NCBI RefSeq assembly: GCF_001194135.2
Contig: NC_068998.1
Span: 16,905,344 to 16,969,343, forward strand
Direction of reading: 5' to 3'
Length of the DNA: 64,000 bases
Origin: Octopus bimaculoides
Lineage: Eukaryota
This document shows positions 49,243 to 64,000 of this stretch, piece by piece. How positions within the stretch are numbered: the first letter of the stretch is position 1; each line of letters begins with the position of its first letter. A program made the translations under genes and the position numbers. A model generated the notes under the pieces. That model searched no databases. It was not told where the DNA came from and saw only the letters and a list, made by a program, of their open reading frames with translations.

Positions 49243-50868
49243 CTATGGAAGGCAGGCACACACCCAATGAAGAAAAACGAAATAGCGCATGATAGAATAT
49301 CATTTGAGGTAGCCCGTTCCGATAATAAAGTTATTTTGTCAAATTAACTTCCAATAGTTGATTTGGGGGATATAGAGAGCAGCTATTATTTAGAAAACTG
49401 GTTTTCAAAAAAGAAATGAATTTATACCAAAATTTATGAAGCCATTTAAAAAAATCTTGCTTATGCCAGAACAGAAGACATCGTTTAAACAAACTTATTG
49501 CCACATTATAATAGTTTTCAATAAATCATTAACTCAAGACCAGTTTTCTATAATAAAAAGAGAGGGGTCAATTTAAAAAAAAAATTTTTTTTAATAATTA
49601 TAAATAAATGAAATATAAAATGCAAATGAATTTTGTTTTAAATTTAAAACGAAAATTCATATTTATCTCCATGCACTGAGTGGCATGGATAACCAACTAT
49701 CAAAGTGCATTTTATTATTTTAGGTCAGGAGAAAAACAGTTGTAGATGAATGAAAGAAATTTATTAATTATAAAAGGATTTAATTTCATTAACCAGATCT
49801 CAGTATAGTTCAATTTTTACTTTAAAACCACACATACCATCTTCATTATCCTGGTTAAGGGACAGTTTGTTAAAGCTAGTGAGCTGATCATAAGAGTTTT
49901 CATTCAAACCCACTACTTTGGCAGACTAAACTTAGCAGTTGAAGGAAAAGAAAAGGTAAGGTTGAAACCAGGAACCTTACTGCTGCCAGGTCAATGCTTC
50001 ATTACTGTATTTAATACAAGAACTTCATACATACAAATACCTACTTTAAACTGAGTAGATGTTGACATATCAATCTAAGCTAACAGAGTCCTTATTAAAA
50101 AAAATACTGATCCTAAAACCAAGAAGAAATGAACATCAAGGAAAATCTAGAAATTGATATTTCTTTTAGAGATGATTATGTAACTGTGACTAAAAAAGTT
50201 AGCTTTAGAAAAGTAATAATTTTAAACAAATCTAGGTCATTAAATTGACAAGTTTTATAAGAAATTATAATTTTGATAACCATAACTTTTTCATGACTGA
50301 TTTTTTTTTTTAAGGTATTGATTTTATAGATAGTAAGTGAGGTCTCTCTTGTTTCACTAATCTGTTATAAAAAAAAAAAAAAAAACCCTTTTCTGTTATC
50401 TCTGGCTCACAATCTGCCACAAATGAACAATTCTTTCCTTTCACTCTTTCCTTCTCATATCACAAGCTCATCAAGGCTCATGGTATACTTGATACATCTA
50501 ATTTTTAAACTACCTCCTTGACATATTGTTACAGGGGATATAATAATTATGATTAGATAGAGAATTTACTTGGAAGTGTCATTCAAATGAATAGGTAACA
50601 ACAGAATAAAAAAAAAAAACCCAACCCCCTCATATAAAGAACAACTCCCAAGTTCAAGCTTTAATTTCTGCCAATAGTTTCAGCAATACTTAATACTACT
50701 TTTATGAAAAAATTGGCAAAGATCCTAAAATCTCAGCACAAAATCAGAGATAAGCATTATGAAAATTGGAGGTATATAGTCAATGTGATGTGGTTAGAAC
50801 TTAAAATATAAAAACAGTCCTATATGTATACACCAGAATTTATGATTACAAATGAGCATTAAACTGAG

Positions 50869-50906
<38 letters not shown>

Positions 50907-52102
50907 GGCAATTTCTAAGACTATGTAAACATCACCCCTTACTACAAAAATGAAAATATTCTTAAAACCTGTACAACTTTCCTAACCTTACTGTCAATCA
51001 TCCTTAAAAGACTTTTCTAAAAATCATTAAGCTAATTTCCCACTAATTAAACTCTTCAAAAAAAGACCAAGTGGCTCTTGATTAATGCAAATTAAATTTG
51101 AGAGAGAGAATGAGAGAAAAAAAAAAAAAAACTATCTAGGAGTTAAAGAGTCTATATGGAATAACAGTAAGATACAAAGCAAGAGTAAATGATTACGATT
51201 GAATGAATAAATGCAAAAGATTAGTCATTTGTTGGTAATCAGAGCAACAGTAAATCAAGAATCTTGGAGAGAAAGTAATTAATTAACAGTAAGCTTGGTT
51301 TAGGTAGAAGTAAATGTTTCGGATAAGTGCAAAGAAATTTTTCTTTCAATTTTTATAAATTCTTTTAGGCTGGATGGGTTAGACAGTTTTGCATTTTGAC
51401 ATGAATTAGTGAAGTAAGCGGTCACTTGTTTTCAAAGCCAGCTCAACCCAACCATGAAGTTACTCTAATAATTATTTTCCATTAAGGAAAAATAAGATGT
51501 GAATTAATGCAACTTGCTTAAATTAAAAGCAAGCTTTTTATCTAATGATCTGCACATCCAGAGTTCAAGCATTATTCAATAGTAACACTTAGATATACAA
51601 TCCATGCCATGGTAAAATACATGCAAGGAATTGAGGATACATATTAAATTTATCAGACATCAAAATACTGATTGATAAGCACAGCAAATTTATGTAGAGA
51701 CATCTGGTCAGTTTTAAAAACAAACAACTAAAAATTATTTCAAAAAAGATTTCTTTCTATTATTATTGTTTGTTGTTGCTGACACAAGTTGGATAACAAA
51801 TCTTAAAACCTTAGTTATAAAATATTTTGTGAATATTAAAGGATTTATACCACATTTTTGAACAAAATGTCTATTTAAAAATAACTAAATTTATCTATCT
51901 GTGCGTGTGAGAGAGAGAGAACATAAAAGCATTAGTCAATTTGGACCATTAAATCTAATTTTCCTTGCACAAAATAAAAAAAAAAAGTTTGGTACCATAT
52001 CTATTTGAAAAGCACAATTTTTTTTGAACCAGCTAAGGAGGAAATAAAATGATAATTTTATCTTTCCTCATTGTACAAAACAAGTCAGTCTGATTTTAAC
52101 TG

Positions 52103-52138
<36 letters not shown>

Positions 52139-53834
52139 TTAAAGTCATTCAGCTCAACAATTATGTTCTGGGGAGCAAAAGAACTACAATAATTTTTTAT
52201 AACTGAGAAGATAAGTATGGTTGAGTGGTTAAAAAGCTTGCTTCCCAATCATGGGTTCAGTCCCACTGCACAGCATCTTGGGCAAGTGTTTTCTACTATA
52301 GCCCCAGTTTGACCTAAGACCTGTGAATAGATTTGGTAGATGGAATGTGAAATTATTATACATGCACACGTGTGTGCATGTATAATTGTGTGACTTGAGA
52401 TCACGTGATGGTGGTAAATGAGCATCACTGTCATACAAGCTGTGTCACTCATTTCCATTCTTCCATGAAAAAATATTTAGCAATAGGGAAATATTACCTT
52501 GTTTAAAAACAGGTAGGAAACAGGAAGAGCATCCAGCTGTAGAAAAATCAACCTCAACAAATTCCATTTGATCCATAAGAGCATGGAAAAGTGGACATAT
52601 GATGATGACAACGACGATGGTGAGGATTTTTTTGTAGTTACATTGAAGTATATATGAAGGCAGTGAGTAGGTAGATTTTAAAGCATTGAATTGAGTGCCT
52701 TGTGGTATTTGTTATGGCTCATGGCATTCAGGTGGTAACAACTGACGACATTAATACCAATCTATATTTGTTGCTGTCTATTCTATGGAGGACATTGTTG
52801 TGTGCGGAGAGAAGACGAGATAGCACAGGCAACTGCTTGTCTTCCGTAAAAATCTTGCAAAGACACCTTGGAGAGGAACTTCCCAAGTGTACATCTTATG
52901 GTTACACAAGATTCACAGAGGTCAAATACTTCTTAAGAATCTGTTATGCAGTTCAATGCTTTTAACATTTGTAGTGAAACAAATGTAATGTATTCATTTT
53001 GAGGATATGCAAAAGTTATATTGTTTTGTATATGCCAGAAAGATACTCAGCTTCCATACAAACCAGCTCGCAATTTTAATTAAATATTAACTTCTAGCTA
53101 TCTTTATGATTGATTGATTGATTGATTATTAGCTAAATGCTATTTCATCAGCTTTATTTCAGGCAGGTAACATTCATTTCACAAAGCTTTCATGGATTAC
53201 AAAATTGAACTGTTATCATGTATCATTCAAATCAAAAGTGTAGAGGCCTACCATTCCAATATACCAAGATGTGACACTGATCTATGCAACAAACTGTTAC
53301 TGGATTTATGGTTTTTATAGTTGCATGTCTGCTTGTCTTATCGATTAAGGGAAGTATTTGACAAGTGTAAGTCAATCTATTTACAAATTAATAAAAGAGA
53401 AATTCATTTATTCCAAGTGGCATTGACAATACCTGGATTCTAATAGAACTGTCTTATTTGAGTACAATCATAGTCTTCAGGAACACCATACAATCAATGA
53501 CTCCAATGCCTGAAGATTGTTAAGATTTCTTTCTAAAGTATCTAATCATAGTAACCAACTAGGGAAACCACTTAATTGTTGCTCGACCTGCTAAAAATAG
53601 CAACCAAATCCCTTTGAAATCATATACCAGTCTTAAGATAAGGAGACTATCCATTATCTTTCTTAAGTCATTGGACAATGGCCATGATGGAGCACTGGCT
53701 TGAAGAGTTTAGTCGAATAATGAACCCCAGTACTTATTCTATCATCTCTTTTGCTGAACTGCTAAGTTATGGGAATGTAAACAAACCAACACCAGTGGTC
53801 AAGCAGTGGGAATGGACAAACAGAAAGACATGCA

Positions 53835-53868
<34 letters not shown>

Positions 53869-56800
53869 GGGCTTCCACACAGTTTCCATCTACCAAATTC
53901 ACTCACAAGGCATTAGTTGGCCTGGAGTTATAGTAAGAGGCTTGCCAAAGGTGCCATGCAGTAGGATTGAACCAGAAATCATGCAGTTACAAAGTGAGCT
54001 TCTTAAACCACAGCCATGCCTGCACCTAATGTAGTCTGGGAGTGGAGGAAAGATGGGATGGTCATTATTGAAACATTTGATGATGACTAACTCGGAGCTC
54101 AGCAACAATGTGTTATTTTTGGTGAAATGACCTGTTGTCCCTAAAACATGAATTACTCTACTGTGAGGTATCAAAAATTTCCTAATACCAATTTGTCACT
54201 GAAATTAATTAGCTCAATCAGTCTACTTTAAGTGTCCCTTCTACTGTCATTTTTTCCTCCAACCCTATCTTTTGCTTTGAATATAACCCCTCACTCTTAC
54301 ACTATTAGTCCAACTGCTTCAATATAAACTGAGACAACATACAGTGGTCTGGATCTTTCTCATTTTGCAGGCTAGTCCCACAATAAAAAAAAACTCAGTA
54401 CACAGTAATGCGAACTGCAAACAAATGAAGACAATCTTAATCTTGGGGGACTCTTTAGCCTTATGTTCAGGATACATTTCTGGTGTTGGCACTACAGACG
54501 AACCCAGCACACTTTGAAGAGTGGTTGGTATTAAGAAACAGCACTCAGCTGTAAAATTCATGCCAAAATACAATGTACAAGAGAAACATTTAGGAGGGCA
54601 GTAATTCCAAATAAGAATTGAACTGGACTGGGATAACTTGTGTGGAAAGTTGATTTAAAATGAAGAGCTGTAAAATCTTTGATTCTGAGAACTTACTACT
54701 GCTAATCTGGCAGAACAATTTTATGCCTTTTCTATATTTTACAGTCTTATTTATATACTAACTGCAAAAAGTTAATTCTTCCATATCTACTTATTTTACA
54801 AATGAATGTCTTAAGCAGTAATTAGCCAAAATGAAGTTAGTCAGGCATACTGAAGCAAGCTGACCATCTCACCATACATTGGTCAAACTATCAACTATTA
54901 TAAGTATGAGTACTAATATTCTGCACACATACACACACAATACAATTTACATAAAACCACTATTTAAACTTTTTGAAGTTTAACTTTTCTAGAAAATTGT
55001 TAAACATGAAATTTCTAACAAAAATATTTTCTTACAAAAATAAATCTTTTTAACTATAAAAAAAAATTCAACAAATGACACAAAATAAAACAGGAGATAT
55101 CATGAGGCTTTATCTTAATAAATTGATCAGGTTAGAAAGCTGAATTTTCAGTCAAATATAATATATATCTTAAAATATAAGCATACGTATGTATGTTAAT
55201 ATATGTGGCAATTAGTCTTAATGGAAACAAATTCACAGCTTACATTTGAAAGACAACATTTGAAAGCAGATAACTGAAGATTCAAATATATAAAATGCAG
55301 CTTGTAATAGAATAGGTAAGCAAGTGGCAGAGGGTTTTGAAGCACATTTTATTCCTTTCTATGCACAGCGAAATAAGATACAATAAGCTCATAGCATTAG
55401 ACCACATAGTAAAAACTGAGAATCTCAAGAAGTCTAGTGTCCTAGTAAATGAATATCTAACTAAAGAAAATTATCAGGTCAGAAATTTGTATAAAATGTA
55501 TCTATTTCAAGTAATGAGAGAAGATACACACACAACAAAGAGATTCAACTACAAACCAGAGAAAAAACACCAAATGCAGATAGATCTAGAAAACCTGTAA
55601 GTTTTGTTCTAAATATGAACACTTGTTGCAACTTATGTTTATTAAGTGCTTAGAAAAAATTAAATATGATGCAAGATTTGAAGATCAAATCAAGACTATT
55701 TACTTTTCGGGAGTATTTAGTTTTAGTTATGCTAAAACATTAGAAATCAAATAACTAATATCTAACAAAAAACTATAATTCCTTTTTAAAACCAATCAGA
55801 AAACTGGTGTCTTTTACATCAGCAAAAACTCCATTGGAAGAAAAATTGCACCAAAATACAATGTGGAAACTGTCATTAAATCATTATTTAAAATTTAACT
55901 CCACTCCATCAAAACAATTTAGAATTACTATTTCACACTAATTAAAGAGAGAAAAAAAAAAGAAGAAAAAAATTTAGATGATAACATATAAAGCAATTTG
56001 TGATCTTGATAAATGAAAACCTTTAGTTAAGTACATTATACATGTTTGCACATTATCATTAAAATTATTGGATTTAGCTATGTAGAGCTGTGAAGTTGGC
56101 AGAGAAGTTAAACAAAAATAAATATTCTGGTATCAAAACTTACTTTATCATGGTTTTGAGATACTTATGTACCAGTTCAAAACCATGTTTCTTTCCCACA
56201 AGTCCTTATATTGCCATAAAATCATTTAAGCCATTTTTCAAATTTATTTTTTAAAAGTAACATCAAAGAATATGAGTGTATGTGTACAGAGACACCATAT
56301 AAAACAAACACAGCAGACAATGCCCAATTGTTTAGTGATGACATTCCTGTGATGGTATAAATGAAACTAATATATTAATCAAGTACCAACAACAAATGAA
56401 TAAAAATTGGCAGCAGTGTTCAGAATAAGGAATATAATTTAGTGATAAGAGTACATTCCAGTTGATATGCAGCAACACATGAATTATATGCTAGTGCAAT
56501 ATTAAAATATCTATATACTTCTAGCAGTAGCTTCACCTCTTAGCTGTTAAGGTAGTTAAATGTGAGAGCAGTTACAATTTGAGGCATAATTGTTTAGTCT
56601 GTATTTGAACAGCACTGGATAATTTTGGAATGGAAAACCCACCTACAAATCCCAGTTTAGTCTTTTATTTGAACAGTGTAGATGTTGGACAATGTTGGAG
56701 CGGAAACCCACAAACAGTGAAACCGATCTATATGCAACACTGTTTCAAAAATACTGTTGTTATGAATTTCAAAGAATTATGTATGAAGTATTAATTAAAA

Positions 56801-59479
56801 CAAAAAGCAAAAAAAAAAAAAAGTATGGAAGAAAAAATAAAGCATCCAAAGTTACAAAGTAATCCTTCAAAATAATGAATCTCAAATGAGAAGTGATCTT
56901 TAAAATTTATACTTCAATTTTCTGTGTTTTTTTCTTCTCACTTTTAACAATACATTCTTATTAAACAGCAAAAAATGAATATCTCCTTTTTTTCATATCT
57001 GGGACCAAATTAGAGTGGGTCACATTGTTGTATGTTAAAAAATATAACCATAGAAAGAATAACTGAAAATAAACTTGCAGCTACAGAATAAACATATACC
57101 TCAATGTTATTTACCAGTTACTCAATATAAAGCAGCAAATCTAAGCTATTAAGATTCTTTTTACGTTAGAAATTCTAAACATCTGTTATTGTATAAAGCG
57201 GAATGGAAACATGGTTGATATAAAAGCCATAGAGATACATGGAACAACATAAAGAAAATACACATAAGCTATAAGGAATTTCTCCTAAAACAATTCACAA
57301 AGAATATAATGGAAAACAGGCAATTTTAGTTAACTATATTAAACTGCCACAGTGATATTTTCTCCCCTCCAAATTATAAGTCCTAATTTAGTAGATTTTA
57401 TAAAAAAAAAAAGTAATTTAATCAATATCAAAATGCAACAACATTTACTCTCTAAATGATTTGCATTCAAAGATTGCATTTATACAATGCCAGAGGAAGG
57501 AACATAAAAATACTATAATTGTAGAGTAATATTAAGTTTATTTTGTGTTTGTTTTGGAAGGTTCTTGATGTGAAATCATATGCTGAAACAGCTATTGTTG
57601 TATTTTAGATGGTGGTCACAACCAGTGCATGTATTTTATTGGCAGGTGTGTATGTGTGTACTTTATATGAATGAACAGGAGGGGAAAATTGAGGAAGCAA
57701 GGTACAAAGAGTATTGTTTTACAAAGAGTATTGTTTAAAGACGTCACTAGAAGTTAAACAAGAGGCATTGTTGAACAGGAGTGCTAGCTAGTGAATTAAA
57801 CAGGAAGAAAGAAAGTTGAAGCATTGACAAATAGAACAAGTGTAAGCAGAATTGGACCAGCAATAGAATAAATGCTGCAGATTTAAATGAGACGGTATAT
57901 CATTCCTGAAAATTGTGGTACCACCTCATTTTTGTCTTCTAATAAAAAAATTCTTAAAATAAAATCTTTTAATATATTTACACAATATCTTTAGTTCAAT
58001 TCTTTGTTTAAATCTAAAATTCAACCCATATGAATAAAATTATAATATTTTTCAAGATACATAATTTTCTTCAAGTGTGCTTCTTATGTAAAATTGTTAT
58101 ATAAATCTTCTAAATTGATTTTAAGCTTAAAATTAATATGAAACAGAAGAGAAAACAAAAAATGAAGTCAAGGACACACAACCTATCAATAAAAGTCTAC
58201 ACATGTACAGAAGAAATTCTATTAGGATTCCATGGAGAAAAAATAATTAATATAGCAAGCACCAATCTTGTGTGCAAAATCCACCTTAACTAGTATAATA
58301 ATGTAAGTCTGGTAAAGTTCTTAAGACTATAACAAACCTAGCTATACCAATCCCAAAGAATTGTATATAAAGATACCGACTGAATTCCAACTTGTGAAAT
58401 CAATGTATAAGTGGGTGAATGTTTTGCAGATGTGTACTCTTAGCACAATTCTTAGGCTGAATCAATGTATGTGCGTGTGTGTCTATATATGTATATATAT
58501 ATACATATACACAAGTGGGGAGAGCAAGAAGAGGAAGAATCAAACCAAGTAAGTGAACTGGTACTTTATCAACAACGAAATGAAAAAATGGATGAACACA
58601 GAGCATAAAGGGATGTAGCCAAAGAACACATGGTAGTTTGTCTGAAGCTCTACTGATTTTTTTTCATCAAGAAAGTATTTCAAACGAAATGCTCAACAAA
58701 CAACTGAAAGTGTTGAAATACTGTTTTAATAAAGTCTTTTTTTTTTTTCATTTGATTTGATTTAAGACAAGAAAACAAACAAACAACAAAATCAACACTA
58801 AAAATTGAATAAAACCAAGAATAAACAAAACTAGAAACAATATAATTATAAAAAAACATTTTTTAAAAGTATGAAAACAATGACTAAAAATGTAAAGACA
58901 AAAACAAAACAATAATCCCTAGAAATAGGTTTTAATATAGCAACAAATTTATCATCTCTATACAATAATAAGCTGATGTAATGTTAGAGGGTTGAATTCT
59001 ACAGCCATAAAGAGAGAAATAAGCAAGAGAGAGAAGTAAGAGAGAGAGTTACCATAAGAGGTGCAGGATGAGTGCACACACAAGGCTTGAGAGTTAAGCA
59101 ATGAGTAAATGAACACCATACACAGTCAGAGTGAGTAAATGACATGGTAATGGGAAGAGTTGAACAAATGAGAAAGGTGTCAGATTTAATTTCAAGGTAA
59201 TATTTTGTTTCTTAAATTAGTATTCATTTCATCATTTTGCATAAGCACTAAGAAATTGTTCAATTATAATTATTGTATATATATATACACTATTTCCAGA
59301 TATTACCCATCATATGACAGGTAACACTCTAATCATAACATATGTATAATGAAATGTAGAAAATTTCAAAGATTAAATATTTAGAATGTGTGCAAAAATG
59401 GCCATGTGGTAAAGGAAGTTGGCTTTGCAATCACATGGTTTCAGGCTTGATCTTGTTTTGCAGAAGTTCTTTCTATTAA

Positions 59480-59920
59480 AGCATCATGTAGACCTATGAA
59501 ATAGGGTAGAACAGACAACGGAAAAAATCTGTTACAGTTTTGTAGTAGACTTAATCTGCTGCTCAGCTTAATACAAATCATCTGGTCTTTGGGTGCCTCT
59601 GGCATTCAGACAAGGTCCACAGAATAAAGATAATCCAAGAGATCCTCACTTTCGACAGTTGTAGAGCCTCTTCAAATGTCATAGGCACCACCCCATCTCC
59701 CCTGACTAACTCGTAAAAGGGAGAGGGAGGGACCTGTCTCTTTTTCCAAAAGGCACTGTGGTATATAGCTTCAACATAATCATAATCTTTGTCATTCACA
59801 TTTCTTATATTCCACATTTGTATGTGTCAAGTGGACAATAAATGTTTTATTTTTCTTTGAGAATCAAAACACTTTTCTAACCTAAAGATCATTGATCTTT
59901 TGACTGGATAACTTGGACTT
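59480..59920 (-). pseudogene. Decayed coding fragment of unknown origin inside the KCMF1 intron
   Basis: MWNIRNVNDKDYDYVEAIYHSAFWKKRQVPPSPFYELVRGDGVVPMTFEEALQLSK core; protein-like frames continue on both sides across in-frame TGAs and an apparent frameshift. Confidence 0.35.
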
Positions 59921-62900
59921 CATATAGTGACAACTAAGAAGCCTCTTTGTTGTTACTTGGCCTATTAGAAGCAGCAGTGAAATCTCACTCAAATTATATT
60001 GTATCATCGAAGTGGACTGTTTGAGCAACAAGGTCATTCTACTGAGAAATACAAAAAAGTTTAGCACCAGATCAGCCCTTGATTAAAAAGACCTGTGATC
60101 AAAGATGCTCCATCAATAACCATAGCATTTTTTCAGGAAGTGGTTTAAAAAGTTTGCTTCACAATCAGATGGTTAGGGATTTGATCTTTTAGGCAAGTGT
60201 CTTCTACAATAGCCATAGGCTGATCCAAGTCTTTTAAGTGAAGTCATGCAAACAGAAACCATGTGGAAGGTCATTAGATGGACTGTACTTGTTCTTAGGT
60301 GACATCTAACCTATCTAGTCCAAGTTAAACATCTGACCCTTTGATGCCTTTAGTGAATTCACTCAGTCGCAACCATTCAGACCAGATTTCCAGTCAGAGG
60401 GGGATAACCCGATGCATCTTCCACTTGCAGCAATCTAAGGTGTAATATCCTCCCTCCATACTAAAAACAATCTAGGATGACACTACCCAATGTGTACAAC
60501 CCTTTTAAGACAGCAGAATGTGATTCTAGTAGGTCAAGTAACTGCTTTAAAACACTCTCTGAAGAGAAAAAAATATTAAATATTTGTGGAAGTACACTTC
60601 ATCAGTCAGATGTCCTGCTAAAAACATAAAACGTTTCCTCTTATGATACATCAACACATTTTTTTGTGTTGATGTACTGACTTGTGTCTCGCAAACACTG
60701 AACACTAACCAAACATAGAAGTTACTTCCTTGTTTCAGTCTTAGGAAAGTAGCAACCACAGGGTAGTTTTGGTTATGATAATCCTTTGTTTTATTGATTC
60801 AAACTTGAATTTGAAAGTCCTGATAAGTACAATCAACTACTAGGGCTCAGAATGTTTGACTTGAGCAAATCTATTATTTAGATTGAGGGTTGTTAAACTG
60901 TATCCCATGGTTTTAGTGGAGAGAGACAGAGATAGGGTTATTATAAGGAGTGATTAACTAGCAAAGGGGTGCAGTGGAAACTAAGGCTGATGACAAAATA
61001 AAGGTTTCACATAGGATCAATTAAAATCAGAGCAAAGATCAACTATATGACATTAGATAATTCCCTCCATTGATTCCCTACACTGGATTATGCCAAGAGA
61101 TCTAGAATTCTATTTTTCAACTGGGATTATTGTGAAAGAAAAACAACTTTTGAGAGTCAACTAGTAAATACAAAATAATACCAATCTCCTACCCAATTAA
61201 TAATCATATACATTCATATATTCTTTCTAAATAACTATTACACCATGCAAAGTTTCTAATTAGTCTCCATAACTTTATATCTATCAACAATACATGTGAC
61301 ATTTGATAATGTTAAATGCTGGCTACAATAAAGCTTCAGGATTGTACATGACTGACTCCAATCTTGTGGTTTTGTGCTAAGAAAGATGCACCAAAATTCA
61401 TCAAAAATCTAAGTGTTGACATTTTAGAATCTTTTCAATTACTTTTGATGTAATGGTAAAAATTATTATAATTATTGTTTATAACAGAATGTAAGGAAAT
61501 TAAACAATAGAACTGTTAGAATGTAACTTCTTGTTTTTTGGAGACTATATAGAGTAGAGAGGACCTCTTTATCTTGCCTTGGACAAGGCAACTTCTCTAG
61601 TACTGATGCTATAATAAAATGCACTCAGTACACTTTGTAAAAGGCATCCTGCTATAGAAACCATGCCAAAATGGCACATACAAATGAGGTGTGGCTCTCA
61701 GGCAGCAACTCTGGAAAAAAACTGACAGAAACACCGATGATCTGTCCAGCCCATGGTAGCATGAAAAATGGAAATAAACTATCATTCTCTTTTTTGCCTT
61801 TTACTGACAGAGTATTATTCAATCACATCTGCTCCAGCAATAAGCTTTCATATGATCATAACTTTAGAAATTCTAGTCAATCACTAAAACAAATCTCAGA
61901 GTTCAACAATGCAGATCGATTAAAATGGGTTCCTTTTTTCTTTGTAAAGTTTTCAACTTATAGAGTTTAAACTTGACAGACCATTAATTTCATCTTTTGT
62001 GCATTTGTCAAATATTCAAAATTGTGACTAGTATTCCCCTGCTACATTATGTGGCTAAGTGCTCTTTAACACCCAACAAGTAGAAATAAAGGTTCTTAGT
62101 TCAAACTCAATTTAGGAAGCTATATAGAGAGGTATAGGTAGAGCTCTGTAGTTAAGAACTTTGCTTCACAACTAATAGGTCCCATGTTCAGACCCACAGC
62201 ATGGCACCTTGGTCAAGTGTCTTCTACTATAACCTTAGGTTGACTAAAACCTTGTGAATGAATTTGGTAAATGGAAACTGATAGAAGCTCATCATTATGT
62301 GTGTGTGTGTGAGAGAGAGAGAGTTAGTATCTCTTAGTTTTGACATAGCAGGATCGTTGTAAATAAGCAAACAAGTGTCACTGTCACACAAGAGATGGCC
62401 TTCATTTTCAAACATCTGTATAAACATATATCCAGCCACAGGGAAATGTTACCTTTCTTGGTAACAGGTGAGGGTTGGCAACAGGAAGAGCACTTGGTCA
62501 TAGAAAATCTGCCCAACCCATGCAAGCATGGAAAAATAAATGTTAAAACAAAGATGATGGCTATGACAACAATATATATCACTTCTTGATGATCATGCTG
62601 AACAGATTGAAAGGTTAGTGTAGGAGACAAATATTTGAAAGATAAAAATACTAGTCAGAAAAATTTAAGTTGTCATAGTGATAACTCATCTCAGATGCAG
62701 ACAAGTACTGGTTACTGCTGTAAAATACTATACATACATATATTTGTACACACACAGACAAATTTAATCTTTCAAAGAAAAGACAATACTGGTTTGACAA
62801 GCTTAAAAGTATTCTACAAATTACTTATTTTTACCAGGGTTGGACATTATCTACATTTCTAGGCAACCATTAAGAAAGTTGACTTTTTTTTAAAAAAAAA

Positions 62901-64000
62901 TCAAACTTGGTATTTCAAATACACTGAGAATAATTTATTTAGCAAGTCAGATAATGGTAAAAGTATGAAGAGAGTAACTCCTAATATATAATAGCATATA
63001 TCAGTTTCACAGCTGCATCACTTTACCCACCCACCTAGAAGGGTAATATCTCTGAATAACAGTGTCCTTCTCTCACTAAATACTTCCATTTCCAGCACTG
63101 ACAACATAAAATGCATTTGCGACACAAGCTGTCAAGGATAACCAGTATTCTCTATTAAAGTAAGATGAAAGACGACACGGACCACGATGACCTGTCCAAC
63201 ACATATCAGCATAGAGCACTACTTAAATATAAAAACAAAACAAAACAAAAAAACTCATGTTCAGACTTCACCGTAGACACTGTTCTGACTTTGGCCAAGG
63301 TACATTTTTTCAAGATCAGTCTAACCAAAAATGGGGATCAATTTTCCACACACATAGCTGAGTGTTATTCATGCTAAGAAGGGCATTCAAGTGTAAAAGA
63401 GAAACCTCAACAAATCATTCTAATGCTTACATTTAAAGAAATCTTTCTACTAAGAAAATGCATATTTTACTCTCAACTTCTGTGTGTCTACCCACATTTC
63501 AAGCAGTCTATTTTTTGATCATTTTTAGGTGCTGTATTTCTATGTACATACGATTGACTAGAAAAAAGTATTTTTCTAACTTTTGTTTCTTACGTGAATT
63601 GTCAAAACACAGATCTATGCAGAATGTGGTAGCTGGTTTTGAAACACTACATTAGAAATATTGGTTTTGAATTCAAAGTGTACATGTGTGTAAGTAAGGC
63701 ATCTGAAGACTATCAGAAAATAAACTGCTTAAATGTAATGTAAACGCAGGCACAGAAGAGTTGGTTAAAGCAACACTACAAGCTACAACTCTCATATACA
63801 ACCAATAAAAATGCATCTTGTCATCCTACCATCACAACTGTCTCATATCAAGACCTATGGCTTGCAGCAGCAGTAGAAGCAATCCAAAATTAATTCAATT
63901 CAAATCATGAAAGCAACTGCTAAGACATGAAAATTGGTTCTAAGATGCAATTATGTTTGAAAATTTTATTAAGCATTAGATGCATAAAAATAAAAAATAA

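Noticed and set aside
59882-60067. 61-aa ORF as an exon
   Set aside because: It has a plausible acceptor but ends in a stop, the other frames are closed and no homology was recognised.
49243-64000. KCMF1 N-terminal exons (ZZ finger, C2H2, ...DPIA)
   Set aside because: Searched by eye for DPIA, HPGR and CxxC codons with splice sites and found none; they are presumably outside the window.
1-64000. CRISPR arrays, operons, rRNA or prophage
   Set aside because: The sequence is eukaryotic with spliceosomal introns; tandem repeats have no unique spacers.

Overview
AT-rich animal genomic DNA with spliceosomal introns, (TA)n/(CA)n/(CAT)n microsatellites, N-gaps and abundant tRNA-derived SINEs. The repeat landscape looks like an octopus/cephalopod draft assembly; this is an inference, not a database result. 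Three intron-containing genes were reconstructed by hand from GT-AG sites, intron phase and recalled human orthologues. ELMOD3 is on the minus strand (8 coding exons, 4057-16730, about 464 aa). MRPS18C is on the plus strand (5 exons, 23518-30407, about 191 aa), head-to-head with ELMOD3. The 3' half of KCMF1 is on the minus strand (34910-49242), tail-to-tail with MRPS18C; its ZZ/C2H2 zinc-finger exons were not found and probably lie beyond the window. Introns hold a deleted DD37D Tc1/mariner element, decayed RTE LINEs, SINEs and several MITE families. Most noteworthy: (1) KCMF1-ELMOD3 in the same order and orientation as at human 2p11.2; (2) a probable bidirectional promoter with twin RFX X-box-like motifs; (3) a symmetric 72-nt KCMF1 exon and a candidate poison exon; (4) a ~400-bp foldback with Penelope-type hammerhead-ribozyme-like cores in both arms; (5) a young SINE nested in an older SINE with a 13-bp TSD; (6) a 67-bp TIR element with a 9-bp TSD; (7) a 124-bp near-perfect intronic hairpin and inverted repeat pairs that could form dsRNA. 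No prokaryotic features, CRISPR arrays or rRNA are present. I found no clearly novel multi-gene system; the findings are hypotheses to test.
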